The notes under the pieces are model-generated. The model saw nothing but the letters and a program-made list of their open reading frames with translations. It was not told where the DNA came from and ran no database searches. DNA of 63,331 nt, filler included, from Guillardia theta CCMP2712 (taxonomy: Eukaryota; Protista; Cryptophyta), in NCBI RefSeq assembly GCF_000315625.1. It is 3 parts of 3 records of this genome, joined end to end, with 100 filler letters (N's around TTAATTAATTAA, not from the genome) between each part and the next. Parts side by side here need not be neighbours in the genome. Positions count along the whole stretch, not along the records: positions 38,897 to 63,331 come from NW_005434651.1; 2 more parts are not named here. The stretch is one strand, 5' to 3'. Below are positions 51,239 to 63,105 of the stretch, piece by piece (positions within the stretch are counted from its first letter, which is position 1; every line of letters begins with the position of its first letter). Position numbers and translations under genes: made by a program.

Positions 51239-51850
51239 GACGGAGCACAAGTTTGTTAGACTTGTACTATGCCAAAGTCACACACGGATGATATCACACG
51301 GCGACCTTGGTTGTAACAACGTGACAGACCGGCGGTTTCAAGTTGCTCAAGTGACCAAGTTTAATGCACACGACTGTATGCCGCGAGTAGTAGGATGTGA
51401 AACCCGGTTGAAGCATCCAGACATGGGAGGACCTTAGCAAGACGGCTAGGAAGGCTGACGGAATACAAGTTTGTTAGACTTGTACTAGTCCAAAGTCACG
51501 CAGCCGGCGGCGCAACCCGCCGGGCCCGGGAGTGATGGAGTCGTATGCCCGGCCAGCCGTGCCGCCGGGCCGGCTGAGTCCGAGCAGTTTCACCGGGCGG
51601 CAATGTAGTGCAGAGACGAAGCAGGGGGCCTTCCTAGCCGTCTTGCTAAGGTCCTCTCATGTCTGGATGCTTGGGGTTTCACATCCTAGCATACAGTCTA
51701 TCTCTCATGTGCTCCTCAATTCTGGTTTCGTGTGCATTGTTTTTAAATTAAACTCAGTCTTGAGCAAAAACTGTCTTGTTACAACTAAGGTCGATGTGAT
51801 ATCTGCGTGACTTTGGCATAGTACAAGTCTAACAAACTTGTGCTCCGTCG
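51239..51850. repeat. Pair of ~215-bp inverted repeats (51239-51455 and 51627-51850) plus a partial third copy (51457-51503)
   Basis: GACGGAGCACAAGTTTGTTAGACTTGTACTATGCCAAAGTCAC...GGACCTTAGCAAGACGGCTAGGAAGGC is present on both strands. Confidence 0.85.
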
Positions 51851-51989
51851 ATGAATCATGGGCGAGCCGTATGCCAGCCGTGCCACGGTGCGGCCAGTAC
51901 GGTGCCTGATGACGCAGGACGCCCCCCGGCATCTGTGGTACACATCCCTGGCCCGGTTTGCGCGCTCTCAGCGTCGACTCGAGTCTCAT

Positions 51990-53425
51990 CAGCACTTCAT
52001 TCCTCCCCCTGCGCAGCGAAATGTGACCCCTCTTGTCAGATCAGCAGCGTGATATCCTCACCTTGCACAGCCGCAGGACACACTCGCTCAAGTCGCAGGC
52101 CCCATGATAGGGTCTTGCAGTCTACCATCTTCGCTCATTTTCCTGAGCGTGACCTGAGCCACTCTCCGATGCGCCGGTCTCGAGCTACTACCCCCTCAAG
52201 GCCTTCCCGCACCGCTATGCTCAGATGCTCGACTGCTATCTCCATGGCATGCCGATCTGCCAGTGTCCGACGGAATGTGATGGATGTCAGCGCGAGCTCG
52301 ATCCCTCCGTTGCTGCCGCGTGACATCATCTCCAGACCTGCAAACGCCGATCCTCCAAGCTTCCCACGGCGCATGACAACCTTACTCGTACGATTCGGTC
52401 GATGCTGAACGAAGCTGGTCTTCAGAGCGTCATCGATACAGTGGGGGATCCTCGTTCTCGACGGCAGGTACCCTCCCATCCTCATGGCCGCATGCCGTGC
52501 AAGATGAAGGGCGATATCCACATCCCTGGAATCCGCGATCGAAAGTCTGAGCAGTACGAGGGCTTGATGGCGGACGTGACGTTGGTCCACCCTTACATTG
52601 GCAGCTCTGCCGACCTGACCAAGTGGGGGGAGGTCAACCTCGACGCCCTCCATGTTGCAGCGTCTGAGAAGATTCGCAAACATCGCGCTGCATATGCCAT
52701 GACTACTCCTACTCGAGCGTTCATCCCTCTTGCCATCTCGACGGACGGTACCCTGCATCCTGACACCCTCCGCTTCATCTGGTATCTGGCGGACATCATT
52801 GCTCAGCGCTCGATGCCTCTTGAGGATGCGGCGTTTGGTCGGCACTTCGTGCCTGATGACGGACCTGCTGCTGAGGTCTTGACTGACAGTGGTCAGTCGG
52901 CTGCCTCCGGGTATCGCGTCTAAGGAATTTTATTCCTCCTGCATGCTCCTGCTGCTTGTTGCTTGATTGCCTGACCCTTAGGCTGCTTGTCTGCGGCTTC
53001 GCGCTTGGGCTGGCGATGCCGCGTCTGGGTGCCAGCAGTGCTGGTTCTTTTCGGGCTTGTGTTTTGTGTGTGATTGTGCAGCTTCTCGCTGTGCGCTGTG
53101 TGCCAGGAGGATTAGCTTGTTCCTGCTTTGTTTTGCTTGAGGCACTTTTTCCCTTCTGCCAGTAAATCCAGGGATTTTATTCCTCCTGCATGCTCCTGCT
53201 GCTTGTTGCTTGATTGCTTGACCCTTAGGCTGCTTGTCTGCGCGGCTGAGTCGCGCTTGGGCTGGCGCTGCCGCGTCTGGGTGCCAGCAGTGCTGGTTCT
53301 TTTCGGGCTTGTGTTTTGTGTGTGTTTGTGCAGCTTCTCGCTGTGGACTGTGTGCCTGGAGGTTTAGCTTGTTCCTGCTTTGTTTTGCTTGAGGCACTTT
53401 TTACCTTCTGCCAGTAAATCCTATG
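51990..53425 (+). mobile_element. 5'-truncated, degenerate CRE/SLACS-type non-LTR retrotransposon (zinc knuckle + restriction-like endonuclease + duplicated 3' UTR)
   Basis: QCPTECDGCQRELDP..*HHLQTC..AHDNLTRTIRSMLNEAGL..KGDIHIPG..MADVTLVHP..EKIRKH..FIPLAISTDGTL (CCHC, RHD-like and PD-(D/E)xK motifs), with an in-frame stop. A ~250-bp T-rich unit ending CCAGTAAATCC occurs in tandem at 52925-53170 and 53172-53420. Confidence 0.8.
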
Positions 53426-53444
53426 TCTCCTCTTAATCCACTGC

Positions 53445-55380
53445 TCACCTCGATGGCGGCGACGCCGCAGCAATGCCCAAGGACCGGCGTGACCCGACCG
53501 ATACTCGGATGGGGGAAACATCCAGAGTGGAGCCGACGCGCCCACCGTGACGTCGGATGCCTTTGGAGAGCTCGACACCACTAAGGTGCCTGCTGCTGGT
53601 CCGAGCTCGCCTGCCCGGCTCCGATGCCGCACAGCCCCGGTCCCTGGGCATGGATGCGGCGTCGCCGGCGTCACGGGCGGTGTTGGTCTCGGCTACCGCT
53701 GACTCGGTGAGGACTTGATGCGTCACCTCGAGCGGTACCGTGCTCCTGTGCCCAGCCTCCCTCTGTCCGCTGCCCCCGGCGGACCCCCGGGCTTTGCGGC
53801 GGCGGCGGGGGCGGACGGCTCGACTGACAGCGGTCTAAGGGAGTTTCATCTCGGACGTCCCCATTCGCGCTTGGGCTGGCGGTGCCGGGTCTGCTGACGG
53901 ACGCCAGCAGTGCTGGTTCTTTTCGGGCTCAGTTGTGTTTTGTGTGCTTCTCGCTGTGCGCTGTGTGCCAGGAGGAAGTTTAGCTTGGACCCGGGCCTTC
54001 TGCCAGTAAATCCGTATTACCTCTGTTCCTGCTTTGTTTAGCTTGAGGCAGTTTTTACCTTCTGCCAGATGATCCGCTCGTCTCCGACTCCGATGGAAGA
54101 ACAACTTCGAGTGACGTTGGAGTCCACCCTTACATTGGCAGCTCTGCCGACCTGACCAAGTGGGGGGAGGTCAACCTCGACGCCCTCCATGTTGCAGCGT
54201 CTGAGGAGATTCGCAAACATCGCGCTGCATATGCCATGACTACTCCTACTCGAGCGTTCATCCCTCTTGCCATCTCGACGGACGGTACCCTGCATCCTGA
54301 CACCCTCCGCTTCATCTGGTATCTGGCGGACATCATTGCTCAGCGCTCGATGCCTCTTGAGGATGCGGCGTTTGGTCGGCACTTCGTGCCTGATGACGGA
54401 CCTGCTGCTGAGGTCTTGGCTCGCAAACGCGCCGCCACCTATCAGTCAGCGCCTCACTATGCAGCTGACGCTGGAGGCGCTCTTGTCTGGTGCGAGGCGC
54501 ATGACGCCCTTGCGGGCGCAAGCACATCTCGCGAGAGCCAGAGGCCCGGACAGCTCCTCCTCGGACTCTTCGCCGGAGGTCTCCGACTCCGATGGGGGAA
54601 ACACGTCGAGTGGCGCCGACGACCGGCGCGGAGCTGGCGAAGCGTCTCCGTCCCTCACTGTGACGTCGGGTGCCTCCGGAGAGCTCGACACCACTGGGGT
54701 GCTTGCTGCTGGTCCGAGCTCGCCTGCTTCCTCCCCGGCATCGGTCGGGTCACGCCGGTCCTTGGGCATTGCCGCGGCGTCGCCGCCGTCCGGTGACGGG
54801 CGGCTACCGCTGACTCGGCTACCGCTGACTCGGAGGCTAGCGAGGAGGACTACCTCGAGCGGTACCGTGTTCCTGTGTCCAGCCTCCCTCCGTCCGCTGC
54901 CCCAGGCGCCGGACCCCCGGGCAACGCCGGCTCCTTGTCGGCGGCTGCCCTTTCTCCGTCCGCGNNNNNNNNNNNNNNNNNNNNNNNNNNNNNNNNNNNN
55001 NNNNNNNNNNNNNNNNNNNNNNNNNNNNNNNNNNNNNNNNNNNNNNNNNNNNNNNNNNNNNNNNCCAGTAAATCCTATACCTGCAGCGGACGTCTCGACT
55101 GACAGTCGATATAGGATTTACTGGCAGAAGGTAAAAGTGCCTCAAGCAAAACAAAGCAGGAACAAGCTAATCCTCCTGGCACACAGTCCACAGCGAGAAG
55201 CTGCACAAACACACACAAAACACAAGCCCGAAAAGAACCAGCACTGCTGGCACCCAGACTCTCGCTGTGCGCTGTGTGCCAGGAGGTTTAGCTTGTTCCT
55301 GCTTTGTTTTGCTTGAGGCACTTTTTACCTTCTGCCAGTAAATCCATCTCCGTTTTCTTTGAGGCACTTTTTACCTTATG
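53445..55380. mobile_element. Mosaic of further fragments of the same retroelement, in both orientations
   Basis: 54110-54420 duplicates 52575-52880. 53445-53500 is an inverted copy of 54740-54790, and 53505-53615 a direct copy of 54588-54727. The 3'-end motif recurs at ~54000, ~54060, ~55070, ~55113-55258 (inverted), ~55335 and ~55370. Confidence 0.8.
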
Positions 55381-55577
55381 CGAGTGAAATTCTGCACTGC
55401 CGCCAGCCCACGCGCGAAGCCGCGCTCGCAGAAGGGCCGTAACTGAAAGTAGGCATGGTGCGACTCAACTCGGCGAGGCGGATGATTCCCTAAGATCGCC
55501 AGACTCAGGATGCTTCTGGGCACGGAGATTACGGAGAGACCTCGAGCACAACGTCCAGGCCGCCCGGCTATGAGGAG

Positions 55578-55636
55578 ACAAGATCAAGATCAAGATCAAG
55601 ATCAAGATCAAGATCAAGATCAAGATCAAGATCAAG
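55578..55636. repeat. (GATCAA)n microsatellite
   Basis: Direct reading. Confidence 0.9.
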
Positions 55637-56517
55637 ACTTACCGATGAGTGATATGAAGAGCCTGCCTCGCTATTTTATTGTATTGACTGTCAATAAACG
55701 TACAAATTGAAACAAGAGTTTTAAAATCTAGAATACTCAGCTTTACAACACAATTCTGACTGTCAGCAACAAAGTTATAAATACTTTTTATCTATATTGC
55801 TTATAAATATAATAAATGTTTTATTCGTGCAATGTTTCGGTACTTACCGATTAATGCTGACGGTACTTTATTAGATCAACGGCTACGAGATCACGGTGCC
55901 GTAAAGCGATAGATAGAGTAGAGACGAGGAGGCGAAGGGTGTGGAGGCAGGGGCAGTCGAAGACGAGGACATGGAAAGAAGAGAAGAGCGAGAAAGCTTT
56001 CGATGATCATGATGAGCGCTGAGGGATTTACTTTGCAAAGCTGAAGAGCATGGTTGAGATGGAATTTCAAAGTATATGGGGAGTCGCAGGATATCTTATG
56101 ATCACCATGAAGACACCTTGATTGCTTTTCTACAGGAGGGTAGAGAGAAGACTGGAGATGGACAAGTCGATCCAAGCCCTTTCATACGATCACTGCTCCC
56201 TCATCCATGGTGATGGATCTTTTCGATAAAACTGCCTGATTGTTGCTGGTGATCTTCAGGTGCAGACATTCCCTGCTTTAAGTTGATTGGAAAAATCTCG
56301 TGAGCTCTATCTTCGCATTTCCTTGCATCTGAAATCCTCGCAGTGAATGCCAATCTTTATTTTTCAAGTCCGATGAGGTTTGTGTTCGGGCTGCTTGAGG
56401 TTGCTTGTTCGTTTGTTTTAAGCGGGTTGACAGGTCGAGGTCGCTGCCTCTCCTCACGAAGCTGCTCTGGTCTACGTGTCTACTCCGAGCCTTCAACTTC
56501 ACAATCCTCACTCAGAG

Positions 56518-57916
56518 ATGGGTGAGCCACCTGCTTCGAAATTCATTCATGCGGTTAACTTCCCTCACAGACCGCAAGGTCGTATCTCTTTCCCGACTCA
56601 ACAAGGCCTGTGATCGTTGCAGAAAGTCCAAACTCAAGTGTGACTGGAACAAACCTTGCTCGCGTTGCGTGCAAGATCGAGTTCCCAACTCTTGCAAGTC
56701 TTCCGCGCGCAAGAGCAGAAGCTTGTCCGACGGAGTCTGTGCCAGCATCGCGTGTGAGCCCTGTAGATCTGCAAAAGTTCGATGCGATGCCACTCGACCC
56801 TGCATGCGATGCTGCAGGCTGGGGAGACAAGCAGAGTGTGTGGATCATCTCAAGGCAGTGACTGAGAGACCGCTCCCCTTCCTGCATGGCAAACTGATCT
56901 TCCAGGATGAGATGGAGGAATTGTTTCAGGTTGACTTCGGGCGGTTGGGTTGGGCATATGGTCCCATCAGACGCTGCTGGGAGTGGGGGCACGACCCTGT
57001 TGCGATGTTGAAGATTTTCCAAGATCTTCCCCCCTACTTCCAGAACATCCTTAGGGTAGGCATGACTGCGATAGGGATCCTTGACAGCCACAAGCGAAGC
57101 AAGTCGAACAGTCAAGCTGACGGTCTGCTCCTTGGCAAGCACAACATACAAGACGATGTTGCCGACTCCATCCCAGATTGCCAAGATCAACTTTGGGAGC
57201 TCAATCATGAGGTGTCCTTCATGAAGCTCAGATGGCGCAACAAGCAGAAGGAGAGGGCGAGCGTTCAGATCAACAACTCCGTTTGCCGTGTGTTCGGCAT
57301 CCATAAGGAAGAACTGATTGCTCGTCTCGCTCGACATGAAGTTCCGCTCTTGACCAGCGAGTTTGAGTGGCTGTGTCGAATCCTGGACCTCATGTTCTTT
57401 TCCAACTCCTCGCACGCCGGAAAGCCCATGATCCGATACGAACGCTTCCTCTTGAAGTTTGGCAAGGAAGTCAAGGGAGCCCTTGGCTGTATCACCAATA
57501 CTTGGGAACACGACTGGACGGGAGCGGTGGAGGCAGCGTGCTTCTATGTGCGACCGGTGAGTCTTGTTGCTCTTGACCGGAGGCTGTTGCTCATGCTCGC
57601 ACAGATTTCTGTCGAGGAGTTCGACTCTCATCGATGCAATAGTTCACTCTCGCGGCCAGTGACAGGCTTCTGTCGAGGAGACCTCTCGGGGCGAGAGCTG
57701 CTTGAAACTGCTTGCGATGATGTGGAGGTGAGGATTAGGGGGGAGGAGGCAGAGACTAACGCGGCTCAGAGGTACAAGATCTCCGCTATGAAACTCACGC
57801 TCGAGGGAAGGGAGGCTCTGTGGCGCCTCGCAGACCTGACGCAGAAGAAGCTAGCTCCCATTGTAAGTCAGGCTGAGCAACTCAAGCGATTGTCCGGCTC
57901 GCATGACCTCCTGTAA
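56518..57916 (+). CDS. Transcription factor with two Zn(II)2Cys6 binuclear clusters
   Basis: ACDRCRKSKLKCDWNKPCSRCVQDRVPNSC and ACEPCRSAKVRCDATRPCMRCCRLGRQAEC. The likely start is ATG G|GTGAG at 56518. Two in-frame intron-like segments lie near 57557 and 57728. Confidence 0.9.
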
Positions 57917-58204
57917 GCTCACCGATTTGCTCTACTTGTGCTCTTGATTGTATTCTATTCAAACATCTTGACCTCTATGAACATCTTTGGCTTCATTTCA
58001 ACCCATACAACCAGCTCAGTGTTATCTCCTGCACTTTCCCTAACATCACCATTATTCGAGTTAAGAGGAGCATAGCAGCACCCTCTGCCATCAACGAAAG
58101 AATTCGACCCGAGCATCAAGTTTAGAGTTGAACAGCTCAGCTTACAAGAAGCCACATGGCGGATATTGCACTGCTGATATAGAGAAGGAGGCATGGAGAA
58201 CGGA

Positions 58205-59280
58205 GGGGAGGGGTGATAGTGTGCGCTATCGTTGCGGCATGAAGGAGGGAGGGGAGGGGTGATAGTGTGCGCTATCGTTGCGGCATGAAGGAGGAAGGGG
58301 AGGGGTGATAGTGTGCGCTATCGTTGCGGCATGAAGGAGGAAGGGGAGGGGTGATAGTGTGCGCTATCGTTGCGGCATGAAGGAGGGAGGGAGGGGTGAT
58401 AGTGTGCGCTATCGTTGCGGCATGAAGGAGGAAGGGGAGGGGTGATAGTGTGCGCTATCGTTGCGGCATGAAGGAGGAAGGGGAGAGGTGATAGTGTGCG
58501 CTATCGTTTTGCGGCCATGAAGGAGGGAAGGGGAGGGGTGATAGTGTGCGCTATCGTTGCGGCATGAAGGAGGGAGGGAGGGGTGATAGTGTGCGCTATC
58601 GTTGCGGCATTGAAGGAGGGAGGGGAGGGGTGATAGTGTTGCGCTATCGTAGCGGCATTGAAGGAGGAAGGGGAGGGGTGATAGTGTGCGATATCGTTGC
58701 GGCATGAAGGAGGGAGGGGAGGGGTGATAGTGTGCGCTATCGTTGCGGCATGAAGGAGGGAGGGGGGAGGGAGGGGTGATAGTGTGCGCTATCGTTGCGG
58801 CATTGAAGGAGGAAGGGGAGGGGTGATAGTGTTGCGCTATCGTTGCGGCATTGAAGGAGGGAAGGGGAGTGGTGATAGTGTGCGCTATCGTTGCGGCATG
58901 AAGGAGGGAGGGGAGTGGTGATAGTGTGCGCTATCGTTGCGGCATGAAGGAGGAAGGGGAGGGGTGATAGTGTGCGCTATCGTTGCGGCATGAAGGAGGA
59001 AGGGGAGGGGTGATAGTGTGCGCTATCGTTGCGGCATGAAGGAGGAAGGGGAGGGGTGATAGTGTGCGCTATCGTTGCGGCATGAAGGAAGAAGGGGAGG
59101 GGTGATAGTTTGCGCTATCGTTGCGGCATGAACGAGGAAGGGGAGGGGTGATAGTGTGCGCTATCGTTTCGGCATGAAGGAGGAAGGGGAGGGGTGATAG
59201 TGTGCGCTATCGTAGCGGCATGAAGGAGGAAGGGGAGGGGTGATAGTGTGCGCTATCGTAGCGGCATGAAGGAGGAAGGG
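58205..59280. repeat. ~46-bp minisatellite, about 23 copies
   Basis: Unit GGGGAGGGGTGATAGTGTGCGCTATCGTTGCGGCATGAAGGAGGAA. Variation is mostly confined to the purine tract. Confidence 0.95.
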
Positions 59281-59603
59281 AGGGTTGAGGTGCTTTGACC
59301 ATGTATTTGGCGGAACTGTTTCAGTGAGTTCTCAATCATTGCTTTGAAATTAGATCAGACCTTTTTATCTCTGTGGTGGCAAATTTCTCACTAAGATTTC
59401 GAATTACAAGACAATTGCTTGCTTCGATTCCAGAACGTTGTGGATATAAAAGATATGCCGTGACTACCCCTGCCTTGTACTCTTTTTTACTACTATTCTA
59501 CCACACCCCTACATGGGGTAGGTACCCTACCGTCCCGGTCACATATCAATGACTATCTGTGGCAGCGGCGAATGCATGCAACTAGTGCTGCTGCGATAGA
59601 ACA

Positions 59604-59716
59604 GATATACTTGCTTCACTCCCATACTGATTGATATACTTGCTTCACTCTCATACTGATTGATATACTTGCTTCACTCTCATACTGATTGACATACTTG
59701 CTTCACTCTCATACTC
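59604..59716. repeat. 29-bp tandem repeat, about 4 copies
   Basis: GATATACTTGCTTCACTCTCATACTGATT repeated. Confidence 0.9.
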
Positions 59717-60356
59717 CTTCTCCTCCACTGGCACCATCCCCAGAAATCGTTTTCATCATCTCTCCTCCCCTTCCCCTGTTCCACAAGATCGCTAGTACCT
59801 CAACGCCTTGATCTCCATACCCTCCGGCGCTCCTCCATCAATCTGATTGCCAAGTTGACCTCCTTCTTTTCTACCTCGCTGTCACAACACCTTCTTCTAA
59901 TGTTGTTCATGTTTGCTCTATCCTTAACTCTCATCTTATCCCTGTCATCCACCTCCCTCTTGACCTTTTCAATATTCTTACACTGATCTTAGCACCCAAG
60001 CTCCATCATTCGCTCCCACATGTCTATCATCCCATGGTTCACATAATTGATACCATACGTATGTGTGCCAATCATCTCCTCTTTCAATTATTACTGTTTC
60101 TCCTTCTTGTGTTGGCTCTCTAACTCTCTTCATTGCTTGCACTCTCGTTAGACACGAGAAGGATCTTGTTGTCACGCATGCATCACGTTTGAGGGTCGAC
60201 AGTGAGATAGCTTTGTCCGTGAACCATCATCTACCGCTATCCTTGACTTGTCATAGCAGAAACAAGCCGAGGGTTCTCTAAGGCTCCTACATACCAGTCC
60301 TTGTTGCTCGTGCTGCGCTCGCTCGCGCGTCTGACGGGACAAGCGAACGCATCGTG

Positions 60357-62917
60357 ATGAAGAGTCTTTCATCATTGTTTCAATCCAAGAAGGACAAGAA
60401 TGACTCGTCTAATCCTCAGGTACCATAAGGTAGACCCTCCCTCAGCTCTCTCTCACAACCTATTTTTTCAGATCTCAGTGAAAGAGTCAAACGCCAGCAC
60501 CAGCTCCTCCGATCCCTCCTTGTCCTCCCTCCATCCCTCCCTCCCTCCCTCCCTTTCTTCGCCGATCCCATCCGTCAAGCAAGAGCCTCAGGTCTGAAGT
60601 AGGTTTGAGCGCTTTAGGCTAACAGCAAGTAGAAATGGATCGTGGGAAAGCAGTATCCTGTGATCCCAGGAGAGCTCTTCTTCATGTCAATTCGCGATCA
60701 AGAAAAACTCTTGGAATTGCAGGAATGGCAGGTGGGGCTTTGAAATCTCCTCCCCTCCACTTCCTCGCTCCCCTCGCTATCCTCTCCTCTCCTCGCCTCG
60801 CCTCGCCTCGCCTCGCCTCGTCTCTCCACTCCTCTCCTTCCCCTACCTACCTACCTGCCTTCTTCGTTCCTTACGTTTGATCTGCAGAGAGCCAATGGGG
60901 TGAATGTGGATAGAGTCTTCTTCTCCACGGAGGGAGAGCTTCAGTACGTTGATACTCAACTCTTTCCCGCTCATCTCTTCCCTCCTCTCAATGAAGCCCC
61001 TCCTGCTCATGCATCTGCGCGTTCTTTTCTTGTGCTCTTAGCGGTGAGAGGAGGGTGACGGACGTTTAGATACTTCCCCTTCTGTGCTGACTTTGGGCCG
61101 ATGAATCTGGGTATGACGTACAGGTCAGTGGGGTATGAGGGGGACAAGGGGCTGATGCAGCTCAGGTTCATCCTCTTGTTGGAGCAGAAGCTGCAGCAGT
61201 GCAAGAAGATGGTGAGAAGGGGGGACGGGGATGAGGGGGCATAGTGACCCTGCTGGTAGCGAGAGAGGAGGATGAAACTGATGCCTGACATGGCAGGGCA
61301 AGAAAGTGGTTTATTACACCTCAGCAGACCCCGCCGAGAGGACAAACGCGGTATGAGGAGGGAGGAGGCAGTGGCGATGGAGCCTGTTGATCCTCGGACA
61401 GGCCACTCTGATCCTCGCCTACCTGGTCATGAAGAGGTTTTGCCTTCCTGCTCTCCCTCTCACCTCACCGTTGCCTCCACCAGAGACTGGTCGCCGGAAG
61501 ACGCCATGGCATCCCTTACCTTCACTGGCCGGCAGCCGTTTCTGGTGAGCTTGGAAGAGAAAGAGAGGAGGAAGGAGGTGTGAGAGGGAGAGCAGGGTTT
61601 CAGAGACGCTTCTTTCCAACAGCCTACATTTGAACTTTCAATCCTACACGTACTCAAGGGCCTGAGAAAAGCCAAGCTGTGCGGGCTCATCAACTTTGAC
61701 ACCTTTGATCTTGACTTCTACGAATACTGCGATCATCCTTCAATGGTCTCACCCTCTCTTGTTGCGCTCCTCAAGCTTGTCTCAGCTGAATCATGGCAGG
61801 CGGACCTGCATTCCATTGTTCCCAACAAGTTTGTTGCGATGAAAGGGCCGCACGAGAGAAGTTACATGAAGGACGGAGTTCAATTCCTCGCTCCCAGGTT
61901 CTTGACAAGCTCTCACACCACTCTTTCTCCTTGATCTTACCAAATCATCTTCATCGGCATCCTCAAAAACTATATATCCTCTTCCTCCTCCTCCTCATCA
62001 TCATCGTCCTCGTCCTCGTCCTCGTCATCGTCCTCGTCATCGTCATCGTCGTTCTCACACAGTGCTCAGTCACTACTTTGACATCTTCAAACGACTTGGA
62101 GTCTCGGCGGTTATTCGACTCAACGACGAACAGTAATTCATCAATACCTCCCCTCCTCTCCCTCTTCTTCTCTTCTGATCCCTTCAAAGGTATCCGGCAA
62201 GCGCTTTCACCGACATGGGCATCAACCACTACGACCTCTACTTCGACGACTGCACTGTCCCGCCTCGAGAGGTTCTTGCATGCCTCATCTCCCCCTCCCT
62301 TCCTTCCCGCATCGCTCTCAAGCTCGTCCGCTCGTGACCACCCGCAGATCGTCGATCGTTTCTTCGAGGTCTGTCGCAAGGAGAAAGGAGCCATCGCCAT
62401 CCACTGCAAGGCTGGCCTCGGAAGAACGGGGACGGTGAGGGAGACGAGGGAGGAGGAAGAGCGTCTGAGACAAGCAGCAGCTAATTTGTCTGTGGATCAT
62501 GAGGAAGTGGAAATTTACTGGAAGAGAAGCCATTGGTTTCTTTCCTTCCCCTCCTCCTCTAGCTCTGATCCTTGCCTCACTTGCTTTTCCTGCCTCCCGC
62601 TCTCACTCCTCCACCCCGCTCTCGTCCCTCCCTTCCCATCCTCACATCATCCCTCCCCTCCACTTTCTCTCCTCTCCTCTTCTCACTCTCAGCAGGCTAT
62701 ATTCGTGTTGTTCGTCCTGGTTCCATCCTCGGGCCCCAGCAGGAGTTCCTCGTGGTCGCTTTGCTTGTGTTGCTCCTCCCCACCTGAACCCCAGCAGGAG
62801 ATGGAGAACGAGATGTGGCAGCTTGGGGACCCGGACGTCGCTACTCTTCCAGCAAGACCCCAGCAGAGACAAAAACCCACGGCAAGCACAGCAGAGGTGA
62901 GAAGAAGAAACAAAGAG

Positions 62918-62961
<44 letters not shown>

Positions 62962-63105
62962 AGGAGGGAGGGAGAGAGGGAGGGAGAGAGGAGCTGACGG
63001 GGAGAGCAGGAGGAGAAGGAGCGAGAGGCAGCAAGAGCACGGGCCAAGGAGAACACTGAAGCCATGAACCGAAGAGCCGCTCAGATGGCTGCTCGCCTGA
63101 GATGA
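60357..63105 (+). CDS. CDC14: Cdc14 dual-specificity protein phosphatase, multi-exon
   Basis: YFPFCADFGPMNLG, GFRDAS, FDLDFYEY, DLHSIVPNKFVAMKGP, VIRLN, HYDLYFDDCTVPP, AIAIHCKAGLGRTGT and IRVVRPGSILGPQQ. Confidence 0.92.

Noticed and set aside
51624-51700. HDV-like ribozyme at the retroelement 5' end (starts GGGGGCC)
   Set aside because: It folds as a simple hairpin. I could not identify the nested double pseudoknot.
53140-55380. Repeat-spacer array, or SL-RNA genes (minus strand GGATTTACTGGCAGAAG|GTAAAAAG)
   Set aside because: Spacing is irregular and orientation mixed. The motif terminates a longer T-rich unit downstream of the retroelement ORF, which fits a 3' end better. No clear Sm site was seen. 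An SL identity is not formally excluded.
56555-57631. 358-aa antisense ORF (similarly 35515-36306 and the antisense ORFs over the OGT gene)
   Set aside because: Shadow ORFs of GC-rich coding sequence with no recognisable motifs.
58205-59280. CRISPR-like array (palindromic repeat in tandem)
   Set aside because: There are no unique spacers (linkers are near-identical purine runs), no cas genes, and the context is eukaryotic.
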